A stretch of 64,000 nucleotides of DNA from a virus. The notes under the pieces were generated by a model, which saw only the letters and a list, made by a program, of their open reading frames with translations, was not told where the DNA came from and ran no database searches. The translations under genes were made by a program, and so were the position numbers. Of the stretch, positions 56,742 through 64,000 are shown one piece after another. The stretch is from IMG/VR virus record IMGVR_UViG_3300029362_000615. The stretch is one strand, 5' to 3'. The first letter of the stretch is position 1, and each line of letters starts with the position of its first letter.

Positions 56742-57203
56742 ATGGGAAAGACGATTGATACGTCCGAGCTTCTGTATCGGATGGGCAAGTACGCAGAAAT
56801 CGATGTTGAAGAAGAAAAACATGATGCGTTTATGCATTTCATGCTTCTTTTGACACGCACAATTGAAAAGATGCCGAATGCTGCATTGATTCATAAAAAT
56901 CCGATTGATGATGAGATTATGGAAAATCAGTACAAGTTGACGAACGCAATCTCACTGGTAACTGGCCGTACTCGAAACGACGGCTGGTATTCTACTTGGA
57001 TTGGCATGACTATGAAGATTGTGCGTCTGAAGAGTGGAGAATCAGCTGGTTTCCGGTACATTAAAGATAATGAGGGACATGATTATCCGGGCACAATGCA
57101 TACATCTTGTGTTGTTGATTATTACATCTCAAGTGACAAGAAAAATGTTATTGTCCAGACTGAGAACACAATTTATAAGTTTGAAAAGGTTAAGGAGGAC
57201 TAA
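56742..57203 (+). CDS. hypothetical protein
   Basis: ATG in track ORF 56736..57203. Confidence 0.45.
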   Translation: MGKTIDTSELLYRMGKYAEIDVEEEKHDAFMHFMLLLTRTIEKMPNAALIHKNPIDDEIMENQYKLTNAISLVTGRTRNDGWYSTWIGMTMKIVRLKSGESAGFRYIKDNEGHDYPGTMHTSCVVDYYISSDKKNVIVQTENTIYKFEKVKED

Positions 57204-57206
57204 ATT

Positions 57207-57512
57207 ATGGCTAAGTATTTTTATGTTTACAATATCGCCGGTGTCGAGGATTCTATTGTAAAGATGTTCAACACTGATACTGGTGCAATGGGCGAGAAAA
57301 GCGTCAAGAAGGATCGCATGGATGGCTTTATTGATGGTATTAAGACGAGCGGATTTGTTTTGAATAAAGAACTGGCGGAGGCTGACGTTGCAGAGGCCGA
57401 AGCAAAGCGTGTTCTTGCAGAGAAGATGACCGCTTATCAGGCAGCTCGCGATGACTATCACAGCAAAAGTGAAACTCTGAAGAAGGTCAAGGCCAAGTAC
57501 GGTATCAAGTAA
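57207..57512 (+). CDS. hypothetical protein
   Basis: ORF track. Confidence 0.45.
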   Translation: MAKYFYVYNIAGVEDSIVKMFNTDTGAMGEKSVKKDRMDGFIDGIKTSGFVLNKELAEADVAEAEAKRVLAEKMTAYQAARDDYHSKSETLKKVKAKYGIK

Positions 57513-57524
57513 GGAGAATACATA

Positions 57525-57848
57525 ATGAAGTATTACGCTATCGAATCTCATTACGAGAAAGAGGCTCCGTTTGGGATTGCATGGCAAGTAAAGCTATTTG
57601 ACGAGCACACGCTTTTAGAAGAGTACGACCACATCTTCTATAACGAGATTGCTGGTTACTGTAAATGTCTTGAAGATATGGGTTTTATCGAGAATGTCGA
57701 AGTGAAACTGGACATCGAAAGCGAATTGAAGAAGCTACAGGATTTCCAAAAAAGTATCGATGAGATCACGGTGAAGGCCGCGATGTTGGAAAATCCTGCA
57801 AAAAGTGTAGAAACACCTTTAATTAAAACAAAATATTCATTCTGGTAA
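57525..57848 (+). CDS. hypothetical protein
   Basis: ORF track. Confidence 0.45.
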   Translation: MKYYAIESHYEKEAPFGIAWQVKLFDEHTLLEEYDHIFYNEIAGYCKCLEDMGFIENVEVKLDIESELKKLQDFQKSIDEITVKAAMLENPAKSVETPLIKTKYSFW

Positions 57849-57872
57849 AAGGTAAATTTTACGGAGGATAGT

Positions 57873-58346
57873 ATGATTATTGTTGGATATCCGTGTATTG
57901 GTAAAAGTACATACGCAGCTGGTCATCCGTATCGCGCAATCGACCTTGAAAGCAGTAATTTTGTAAAGGATGATAATTGGGTCAAATCGTATTGCAACGT
58001 CGCTATTGATTTATCGAGACAAGGACATGTTGTGTTCGTATCTTCACATGATGCAGTTCGTAAACAGCTTTTGAAGAGTGATTACGAATATGTTTTTGTG
58101 ATCTATCCAGCTCTTGATATTAAAGAAGCGTGGTTTGAACGGCTTCACGAAAGATATTTAGAAACAAAACTCGCAAAAGATTATCTTGCATGGCAGCGTG
58201 CTCTGAATCATTACGATGAAGACATTGCAAAGCTCAAAGAAGACGCAAAGGGCTTTAGTGGTTTTTATGAAATTGGTCGTGGTCGATATGACCTTACGGT
58301 AATTCTGGATGAATTTGACTATGGTTCGACTTGGGACCATTCGTAA
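57873..58346 (+). CDS. P-loop nucleotide/nucleoside kinase-like protein
   Basis: MIIVGYPCIGKST Walker A at the N-terminus; 157 aa. Confidence 0.45.
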   Translation: MIIVGYPCIGKSTYAAGHPYRAIDLESSNFVKDDNWVKSYCNVAIDLSRQGHVVFVSSHDAVRKQLLKSDYEYVFVIYPALDIKEAWFERLHERYLETKLAKDYLAWQRALNHYDEDIAKLKEDAKGFSGFYEIGRGRYDLTVILDEFDYGSTWDHS

Positions 58347-58387
58347 TTGTTAATTGAGTTTAACGGGTGGGTGGGAGGAATAAATAT

Positions 58388-58660
58388 ATGAATGTCATAA
58401 AGCATGGAACGCATCGGGCAAAAGATTCTGAAAAATTATATAAAGTGACTTGTGACTCTTGCGGATGTGTATTTGAAGCTAAAAGATCTGAATTTCATGT
58501 ATGGCCTTTACCAGCACGACCTGTTAGCGAAACGGTAAAAAATTATGATAATACAGGGCGTCCTGCAGAAATACAATGTCCTGAGTGCAAATGCACTTGT
58601 GGAATTAGAATGAGATTGCTTGCAAGAGAATCTGCCTTTTTACACGCATATTGTAGGTGA
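58388..58660 (+). CDS. zinc-ribbon protein, member of a tandem CxxCGC...CPEC family (copy 1 of 4)
   Basis: CDSCGCVFEA...CPECKCTCG. Confidence 0.45.
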   Translation: MNVIKHGTHRAKDSEKLYKVTCDSCGCVFEAKRSEFHVWPLPARPVSETVKNYDNTGRPAEIQCPECKCTCGIRMRLLARESAFLHAYCR

Positions 58661-58664
58661 TAGT

Positions 58665-58883
58665 ATGAAAGCACATATTCGAGAAGAAAAGAAAACAACT
58701 CCATTAAAACTTGGTAATGGAACATTACTTCAAGAGAAAGACGGCAAAATTTACAAGGTTTGCGACACAGTAGAATATGACGAGACACATACCGACGATG
58801 AAGTTATCAAGGTTGCTTTATCTGAAGAAAATATGATTATTGGGTCGAACTTTTTTAATACATCGTTTGTGTTTGCAGATTGA
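58665..58883 (+). CDS. hypothetical protein
   Basis: ATG in track ORF 58620..58883. Confidence 0.4.
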   Translation: MKAHIREEKKTTPLKLGNGTLLQEKDGKIYKVCDTVEYDETHTDDEVIKVALSEENMIIGSNFFNTSFVFAD

Positions 58884-58892
58884 GGTGTTAGT

Positions 58893-59123
58893 ATGCATAA
58901 GACTGATAGTTTGAAAAATCCAGTAATCGTATTCCATTGCAAGAACTGCGGTTGTACAACTAAGATTCGAGTGGCTTCTTTTGAAAATCCTGATTTGGAC
59001 ATTCCTGAGAATAATGTGATTGCGTGCTATAGATGTAGAGCGGAAGTTGCTGGGGCTGAGTTTATTTCTTGGAAAGAAGCAACTAAAACTATTTTTACCG
59101 TGGAGGTGCTAGATGGCGATTAA
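58893..59123 (+). CDS. zinc-ribbon family copy 2
   Basis: CKNCGC...CYRC. Confidence 0.45.
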   Translation: MHKTDSLKNPVIVFHCKNCGCTTKIRVASFENPDLDIPENNVIACYRCRAEVAGAEFISWKEATKTIFTVEVLDGD

Positions 59124-59331
59124 AATTATTCAACATAAGCAGACTCCAAAAGAACTTGCATATCATTTTAAATGTAGTTGTGGCTGTGAATTTTGGTCTG
59201 ATTCAGAAGGTGTTCTTGTTGCGAGGTCATTTGATATGCTTTTATTTTATCAAACACAATGTCCAGAATGTGGTAGTCGTGTAGAGAGCCACGATGAACC
59301 GGTTCTTCGAGAAGAAATCTTTGGAGAATAA
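59113..59331 (+). CDS. zinc-ribbon family copy 3
   Basis: CSCGCEFW...CPECGS. Confidence 0.45.
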   Translation: MAIKIIQHKQTPKELAYHFKCSCGCEFWSDSEGVLVARSFDMLLFYQTQCPECGSRVESHDEPVLREEIFGE

Positions 59332-59334
59332 AGA

Positions 59335-59634
59335 ATGGCTGTACGAATTGAAGTCCATGGTAAAGAAAGAGAAAAAACAAAATACTCAGTAGAGTTTAGG
59401 TGTTCTAGCTGCGGTTGCGAGTTTTGGGTGGATGCGGATTCTCTTGGAGAGTTCAAGCCAGCCAATTATTGTGATTTGAAATACAACTGCCCTGAATGTG
59501 GTTCTAGTTCTTACCCGGTTGATATTATGGAGAACAGCCGTATCTTTAATGAGCACAAGTGGAAACCTATATTTTGGCAAATTATCGAATCTCCGTTTCA
59601 TCGATATTGTAGAATTTGCAATAAAGAAAAATAA
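59335..59634 (+). CDS. zinc-ribbon family copy 4
   Basis: CSSCGCEFW...CPECGSSS. Confidence 0.45.
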   Translation: MAVRIEVHGKEREKTKYSVEFRCSSCGCEFWVDADSLGEFKPANYCDLKYNCPECGSSSYPVDIMENSRIFNEHKWKPIFWQIIESPFHRYCRICNKEK

Positions 59635-59689
59635 TATGCTAGAGCAAGCTTGTTTTTAAGAATGTATGTTTTAAAGTGTGGTGAACATA

Positions 59690-60088
59690 ATGGAAGTTTG
59701 GGAACTAAATCTTCTGCATGATGGGGATATAGAACGAATATGTATGTGCTCTGACGAGCAACCACTATTTGAAATGGCCGTCGATAGGGCATTTAATTTA
59801 TTTGCAAAAATAAATGAGTGGCCTCTCAAACAAGAAAATTGTCATGCTTCCGTAAGTGTAAACGACAAACTTCATTCTATTTTAGTAAAGATTAGCACAC
59901 AAGACGATAATACAGTTGAACTCTGGGAATATAAATGGGAATGTGTTTATAAAGAACCTTGTGAGGACGAGCCTAATAATACCTTGCTTCAAGAAGTTGT
60001 TTCTTGTGTACGAGACATTCCAAAACTATTTTATGATTGGGCAGAGAATTTCTGCTGGAAAGCGAGAAAAAATGGCTATTTGCAGTAA
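59690..60088 (+). CDS. hypothetical protein
   Basis: ATG in track ORF 59678..60088. Confidence 0.4.
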   Translation: MEVWELNLLHDGDIERICMCSDEQPLFEMAVDRAFNLFAKINEWPLKQENCHASVSVNDKLHSILVKISTQDDNTVELWEYKWECVYKEPCEDEPNNTLLQEVVSCVRDIPKLFYDWAENFCWKARKNGYLQ

Positions 60089-60455
60089 ATGTCTACATAA
60101 AGAAGTATGCGCTTTTAGGAAGCAAACAAGAGATAGTTGCGCCGAATCTTGCGAAGACTTCCTAGGTTGGGTCAAGGTCTGTGATGAACGTCCGATTCCT
60201 TTAAAAGACAACGTTGTAATAAGCGATTATGGTTTGTCATTTATTGGATATTATGATTACAATAAGAGAGATCGAGAATACTTTTGCGATGCAAACACAT
60301 TTGAAAAAATTTATGAATGTCCATCTTATTGGCTGAAAGGACTTGAATTGCATGAGCAAGAACGAATCGCGAACAAAGAATATAAACAACGATTGGTGGC
60401 TCGCAAAGAAGCGGAGAACGTACTTCAAACTGTTTCTGATGCAGACGAGAGTTGA
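60072..60455 (+). CDS. hypothetical Cys-rich protein
   Basis: ATG in track ORF 59916..60455; CSKCLHKEVC...CAESCEDF. Confidence 0.4.
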   Translation: MAICSKCLHKEVCAFRKQTRDSCAESCEDFLGWVKVCDERPIPLKDNVVISDYGLSFIGYYDYNKRDREYFCDANTFEKIYECPSYWLKGLELHEQERIANKEYKQRLVARKEAENVLQTVSDADES

Positions 60456-60509
60456 CTTTTTTGACGCAATTTGCAGAGCGTGTGAGAGAATCGAAGGATG
60501 GTGTAAGAG

Positions 60510-60806
60510 ATGAAAGTTGTAGAGCTTATCAACAAACTAAACGAAATCGGATACAATGAGAATACTGAACTGACATTTGGATTCGCAGACGGTAATACTG
60601 GAGAATGGTACGAAGCTCCATTTGATGAGATCACCTATGGTATTGATTTGACCGGAGAACCATACCATAATGATGTAATCAATATTGACATGGATGTTGA
60701 TTCTGTAAAAGAATATCAAAAAGATAAAGCAGAGTGCGCTGTTATTGATATTGTAGAAGAAATGCAATATGTTTTAAATAAATATCAGCGTAAGCTTATT
60801 TTTTAA
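60510..60806 (+). CDS. hypothetical protein
   Basis: ORF track. Confidence 0.45.
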   Translation: MKVVELINKLNEIGYNENTELTFGFADGNTGEWYEAPFDEITYGIDLTGEPYHNDVINIDMDVDSVKEYQKDKAECAVIDIVEEMQYVLNKYQRKLIF

Positions 60807-60831
60807 GAACTAGATTTTTATGAGGTGACTT

Positions 60832-61056
60832 ATGGGTGACTTTGCATTTTGTAGTACATTCACAGAAGACTATAAACTATTTTTAGAGAAAATTAAGAAT
60901 GGCACTCTTACGGAAGAAGAACTAATAGAGTTTGATAAAAAATATGGCTGCAAATTAGAATACACTTATTATGCAGATCAAACGCCTGAATATCTCAGAC
61001 ATCTTTTTAAACAAAAGAAAAGTATCTATAACAATCCAATCATTAAAAGTCGGTAA
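60832..61056 (+). CDS. hypothetical protein
   Basis: ORF track. Confidence 0.4.
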   Translation: MGDFAFCSTFTEDYKLFLEKIKNGTLTEEELIEFDKKYGCKLEYTYYADQTPEYLRHLFKQKKSIYNNPIIKSR

Positions 61057-61061
61057 CGTAA

Positions 61062-61526
61062 ATGGTAAATAAAGATTTTTCAATCGAAAAGAATCACTGG
61101 GAAATACAAAATCCAGAATGGGAAAACTATTCTCATTTCATCTGCACTAAAGACCATTATTGGACTGGTGTACACGGTATCAGCAACTATTTTCTTCAAT
61201 ATAAGAATTTTGGCAGAAGTAAACCAGTCGAACGATTTTCTGTAGAATGGCCGAACTTCGTAAAGCACATGTGGTTTATCCATTGGCGTGGCCCATGGGA
61301 TTATATTTTTGCTTCATATAAATTATCCGAAATCAAACGATTTTTAGAACTTGATATTGACGCTATTAAAAAGAACCATTGGCCGGATGGCCGCTGCACT
61401 TGCTACAGTATTTATGACTACGTGACGAAGAAATGGTACTATTTTAAAATCGAAAATTTGGGAACATTTTATGGATGCACGTGGCCGTTGGGTGATGATA
61501 CGGGGGATGTGATTAGTTGTGACTAA
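61062..61526 (+). CDS. hypothetical protein (Trp/Tyr-rich)
   Basis: ORF track. Confidence 0.45.
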   Translation: MVNKDFSIEKNHWEIQNPEWENYSHFICTKDHYWTGVHGISNYFLQYKNFGRSKPVERFSVEWPNFVKHMWFIHWRGPWDYIFASYKLSEIKRFLELDIDAIKKNHWPDGRCTCYSIYDYVTKKWYYFKIENLGTFYGCTWPLGDDTGDVISCD

Positions 61527-62007
61527 ACAAATAGGCTATTATAAATCCGACTGGTACATTATGGGCATTGATGGAAAATATAACAATGCCTGTATCTCGC
61601 ATACAGAATCGCAGCTTCGATATACAGTCCCAAGGTCGCCAGAATGGACCATCAATGGATTGGGTTTTGCTTATCTTAGAGAACATGGATTTAAAGATTA
61701 TCCTGAATTCTATGGTATTGTATTCTATGATATGGAGTGGTGGCGACGAAAACGCTATCCGGGTGACTTTTATGTGGAGATACCAATTTGCGATTCGTGT
61801 GCGGATGCCTTTCACTTAAAATGGCGTTGCAAGGAATTTCGTGTACATCAATGGTCTTGCTTGCGTAAAGAAACAAAGTGGGTAAAAGCCAGAAGTAATT
61901 ACACTATTTGTGAGCTTGCACATAAGTTGCCACACGAAGAATTTATAGAATATCTTAAAGACAACGGTATCTATATTGTAAACGAAGGTGGTGTTGAACT
62001 TGGATGA
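61519..62007 (+). CDS. hypothetical protein
   Basis: ORF track. Confidence 0.45.
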   Translation: MTKQIGYYKSDWYIMGIDGKYNNACISHTESQLRYTVPRSPEWTINGLGFAYLREHGFKDYPEFYGIVFYDMEWWRRKRYPGDFYVEIPICDSCADAFHLKWRCKEFRVHQWSCLRKETKWVKARSNYTICELAHKLPHEEFIEYLKDNGIYIVNEGGVELG

Positions 62008-62407
62008 TAATAACGAAAAACTCACTCTTGGAGAAAAGATCTTGCTTTTGACAGTCGGTGTGCTCATTACTCTTATTGTTGGATATTTTGTATGGGCGAT
62101 TGGCGACGGTATCTATCGTCATTATAATCCGATTAAGTGGACTGCCACTATTGAAGAACTGGAACCGGGTATCTACGGATATACATCTACTATGGTATCT
62201 AATGTCCCAGCAGAAAATTATGAGATGCTTACAGTTCTTTGTAATGGCACATACATGAATATCAAAGGCCATGTACAGATTGTGTACGATAGCAATACTC
62301 CGTATATCGAATATAAGTCAACCAATACTGTTAATGCTGACTCTGTAATAATTCATGTTCAAAAAGGACAGATTAAAAATAATGGAGTTAGTACAGTAAC
62401 GAGGTAA
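61988..62407 (+). CDS. membrane-anchored hypothetical protein
   Basis: GTG/TTG start after GAAGGTGG; TM segment LLLTVGVLITLIVGYFVWAIG. Confidence 0.4.
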   Translation: MVLNLDDNNEKLTLGEKILLLTVGVLITLIVGYFVWAIGDGIYRHYNPIKWTATIEELEPGIYGYTSTMVSNVPAENYEMLTVLCNGTYMNIKGHVQIVYDSNTPYIEYKSTNTVNADSVIIHVQKGQIKNNGVSTVTR

Positions 62408-62447
62408 TTTTTATGGAAGAATTAGGGTTTTATGAAGGGAAATATCA

Positions 62448-62618
62448 ATGAAAGATTTTGACTTTTATAGAGCTAAATATATTCGTGATGGGAAATGGCG
62501 AATTGAGTTTTTTGATAAAGACAAAAAGTATGTTGGCTCTATTTATAAAGTAGGGTCGGACGGCGTCCGTGGGTATTGCCAGTGTTTAAATGATCTTGGC
62601 TACAAAGCAATTTTATAA
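62448..62618 (+). CDS. hypothetical small protein (56 aa)
   Basis: Hand-translated MKDFDFYRAKYIRDGKWRIEFFDKDKKYVG... Confidence 0.35.
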   Translation: MKDFDFYRAKYIRDGKWRIEFFDKDKKYVGSIYKVGSDGVRGYCQCLNDLGYKAIL

Positions 62619-62647
62619 AACTTGGATTCTTATAAAGGAGGTTCACA

Positions 62648-63475
62648 ATGATTATTGACTGCAAATCTATTGCACAAGATATCAAAAATAAAATCAAGAA
62701 TGTCATCACAGAAGATGGCTACGCTCCTGTTTTATATATTTATCAAGTAGGGGACAACCCTGCGTCTAACGCCTATATTCGTGGTAAGCTGCGTGACTGT
62801 GAAGAGGTGGGAATCGAAGCAAAACTTATCAAACTTCCGGAAAATATTACGGAGGATGAATTAAATAACAAGATACTGGAATATTATAACTGGGAAGATG
62901 TGGACGGTATCATTGTTCAGCTTCCATTGCCAAAACATATCAATCCCAAAAATATCTGCATTCCAGACGCAGTTGATGTTGATGGCTTTAATTCTACATC
63001 ACCATTTCAGCCTTGCACTCCGCTTGGCGTTATGAAGATTTTTGATTCCATCGGTTACAATCTGGATGGCAAGAATGTGCTTGTGTGCGGTCAGTCTGAT
63101 ATCGTGGGTCGTCCGCTGGTTGATATACTGATTAAACGGCACTGTAATGTAATCTCTGTGAATAGCACTGGTTCCGCTATGAAGGCCACTGCTCTTGAAT
63201 TTGAAATGGTCGATGTGATTATTTCTGCTGTGGGCAAGCGCAACTTTATCACACCGTTTGATATTGATCGGGTTAAAGTGTGTATCGATGTTGGTATCAA
63301 TTATGACGAGAATGGAAAGCAGCACGGAGACTGCTCCGATAATGTCTATGAAATGGAAGATGTCAGGGTGACTCCTCGTATCGGTGGGGTTGGCCTTATG
63401 ACCCGTGCCATGCTCTTATATAACGTATGCGTGGCTAAATATGGTGAACATAAGATGGAGAAGGTGATTGAATGA
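62648..63475 (+). CDS. folD: bifunctional 5,10-methylene-tetrahydrofolate dehydrogenase / 5,10-methenyl-THF cyclohydrolase FolD
   Basis: YIRGKLRDCEEVGI, QLPLP, DVDGF, PCTPLG, GQSDIVGRPL, TPRIGGVGLMT match the FolD family. Confidence 0.9.
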   Translation: MIIDCKSIAQDIKNKIKNVITEDGYAPVLYIYQVGDNPASNAYIRGKLRDCEEVGIEAKLIKLPENITEDELNNKILEYYNWEDVDGIIVQLPLPKHINPKNICIPDAVDVDGFNSTSPFQPCTPLGVMKIFDSIGYNLDGKNVLVCGQSDIVGRPLVDILIKRHCNVISVNSTGSAMKATALEFEMVDVIISAVGKRNFITPFDIDRVKVCIDVGINYDENGKQHGDCSDNVYEMEDVRVTPRIGGVGLMTRAMLLYNVCVAKYGEHKMEKVIE

Positions 63476-63666
63476 AAGAAGTCCCAATCTGGGAAAAAAC
63501 GACGCTTACTGTGGAAGAAGCTGCTGCGTACTCTAATATCGGCACACATAAATTAAGAGAAATTACAGACAAGGACGACAAGCAGCTTGTGCTGTGGGTT
63601 GGATCAAAACGCTTGATTAAACGCAAAGCACTTGAAAAATACATAGACCAGTCTTATTCGATTTGA
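63472..63666 (+). CDS. xis: excisionase (Tn916 Xis-like HTH protein)
   Basis: MKEVPIWEKTTLTVEEAAAYSNIG...KRLIKRKALEKYID parallels Tn916 Xis. ATG overlaps folD stop (ATGA). Confidence 0.7.
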   Translation: MKEVPIWEKTTLTVEEAAAYSNIGTHKLREITDKDDKQLVLWVGSKRLIKRKALEKYIDQSYSI

Positions 63667-63739
63667 AATCAGAGCTTTGGTGTGGTATACTTATAGTGTC
63701 ACATCAAGGCTCTTTATAGTAAATGTAAGGAGTCTATTT

Positions 63740-64000
63740 ATGGAAAGACGTAAAGATAGTAAAGGCAGAGTTTTAAAAAATGGAGAAAGCCAAAGAAAGG
63801 ATGGCATGTATCAATATCGATGGACTGATAAAACTGGAAAACGTCACACAATTTATGCGAAAGATTTAAAAGTTCTTCGAGAAAAAGAAAATAATGCTAG
63901 TAAAATAATTTCTCAAGGGATAGATTTTGAAGGCGGTAAAATAACAACATATCAGTTTCTTATAAGATATTATGAATTTAAGAAAACATCAATAAAGAAA
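63740..64000 (+). CDS. int: tyrosine integrase of the Tn916 Int family, N-terminal AP2-like arm-binding domain only (3'-truncated by window end)
   Basis: MERRKDSKGRVLKNGESQRKDGMYQYRW parallels the Int-Tn N-terminus MSEKRRDNRGRILKTGESQRKDGRYLYKY. Confidence 0.7.
   Translation, partial: MERRKDSKGRVLKNGESQRKDGMYQYRWTDKTGKRHTIYAKDLKVLREKENNASKIISQGIDFEGGKITTYQFLIRYYEFKKTSIKK

Noticed and set aside
1-64000. CRISPR arrays, rRNA genes, insertion sequences
   Set aside because: No spaced direct repeats, no rRNA-like conserved stretches and no transposase-like ORFs were seen. The only mobile-element genes are the tyrosine recombinases and the HNH domain.

Overview
The whole 64-kb window is transcribed left to right: every credible gene is on the + strand and all long minus-strand ORFs are antisense artefacts. 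The region looks like part of a temperate phage or prophage of a low-GC Gram-positive (Firmicutes-type) host. The host guess rests on strong GGAGG-type ribosome binding sites, a Tn916-type excisionase/integrase pair, and LemA and SleB homologues.

Layout:
- 1-14.5 kb: dozens of small early-type genes. These include tandem paralog families, a Bro-N/ORF6N antirepressor-like gene, a small tyrosine recombinase, and a frameshifted replisome-organizer gene that carries iteron-like repeats.
- 14.5-19.1 kb: an accessory island with a Lar-family restriction-alleviation gene, a Pol-beta-type nucleotidyltransferase, a SleB-like cell-wall hydrolase, a solitary MazF-family toxin behind a consensus promoter, and a degenerate integrase-like gene. 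The island ends in an intrinsic terminator.
- 19.2-22.7 kb: a bacterial-type polynucleotide kinase-phosphatase-ligase (Pnkp) gene followed by an array of seven tRNAs: Leu-CAA, Leu-TAA, Pro-TGG, Gln-TTG, Leu-TAG, Gly-TCC and Met/Ile2-CAT.
- 22.8-24.8 kb: a cytosine-5 DNA methyltransferase with circularly permuted motif order and an in-frame HNH endonuclease plus helix-turn-helix insertion.
- 26.5-43.9 kb: a full replication module, comprising an SSB-like protein, a Sak4/AAA_24 ATPase, a PAPS-reductase-like protein, a DnaB-family helicase, a DnaG-type primase, a RecJ-like exonuclease, HAD and metallophosphatase genes, DnaE (Pol III alpha), a RecD2-like helicase and an ATP-dependent DNA ligase.
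- 46-63.5 kb: nucleotide metabolism genes (ThyX, DUF3310, anaerobic RNR NrdD and NrdG, dUTPase, a P-loop kinase, FolD) interleaved with membrane genes (LemA, an SPFH/band-7 protein, a lipoprotein) and many tiny zinc-ribbon genes.
- 63.5-64.0 kb: a folD-xis-int operon, with the integrase truncated by the window end.

Recurring signals across the window:
- A 22-23-bp promoter/operator element is present in both orientations.
- A 6-4-6 palindromic operator occurs at three loci.
- Three otherwise intact core genes are interrupted by single-base homopolymer frameshifts.

No CRISPR array or rRNA gene is present. All coordinates derived by hand carry a possible error of 1-2 nt.
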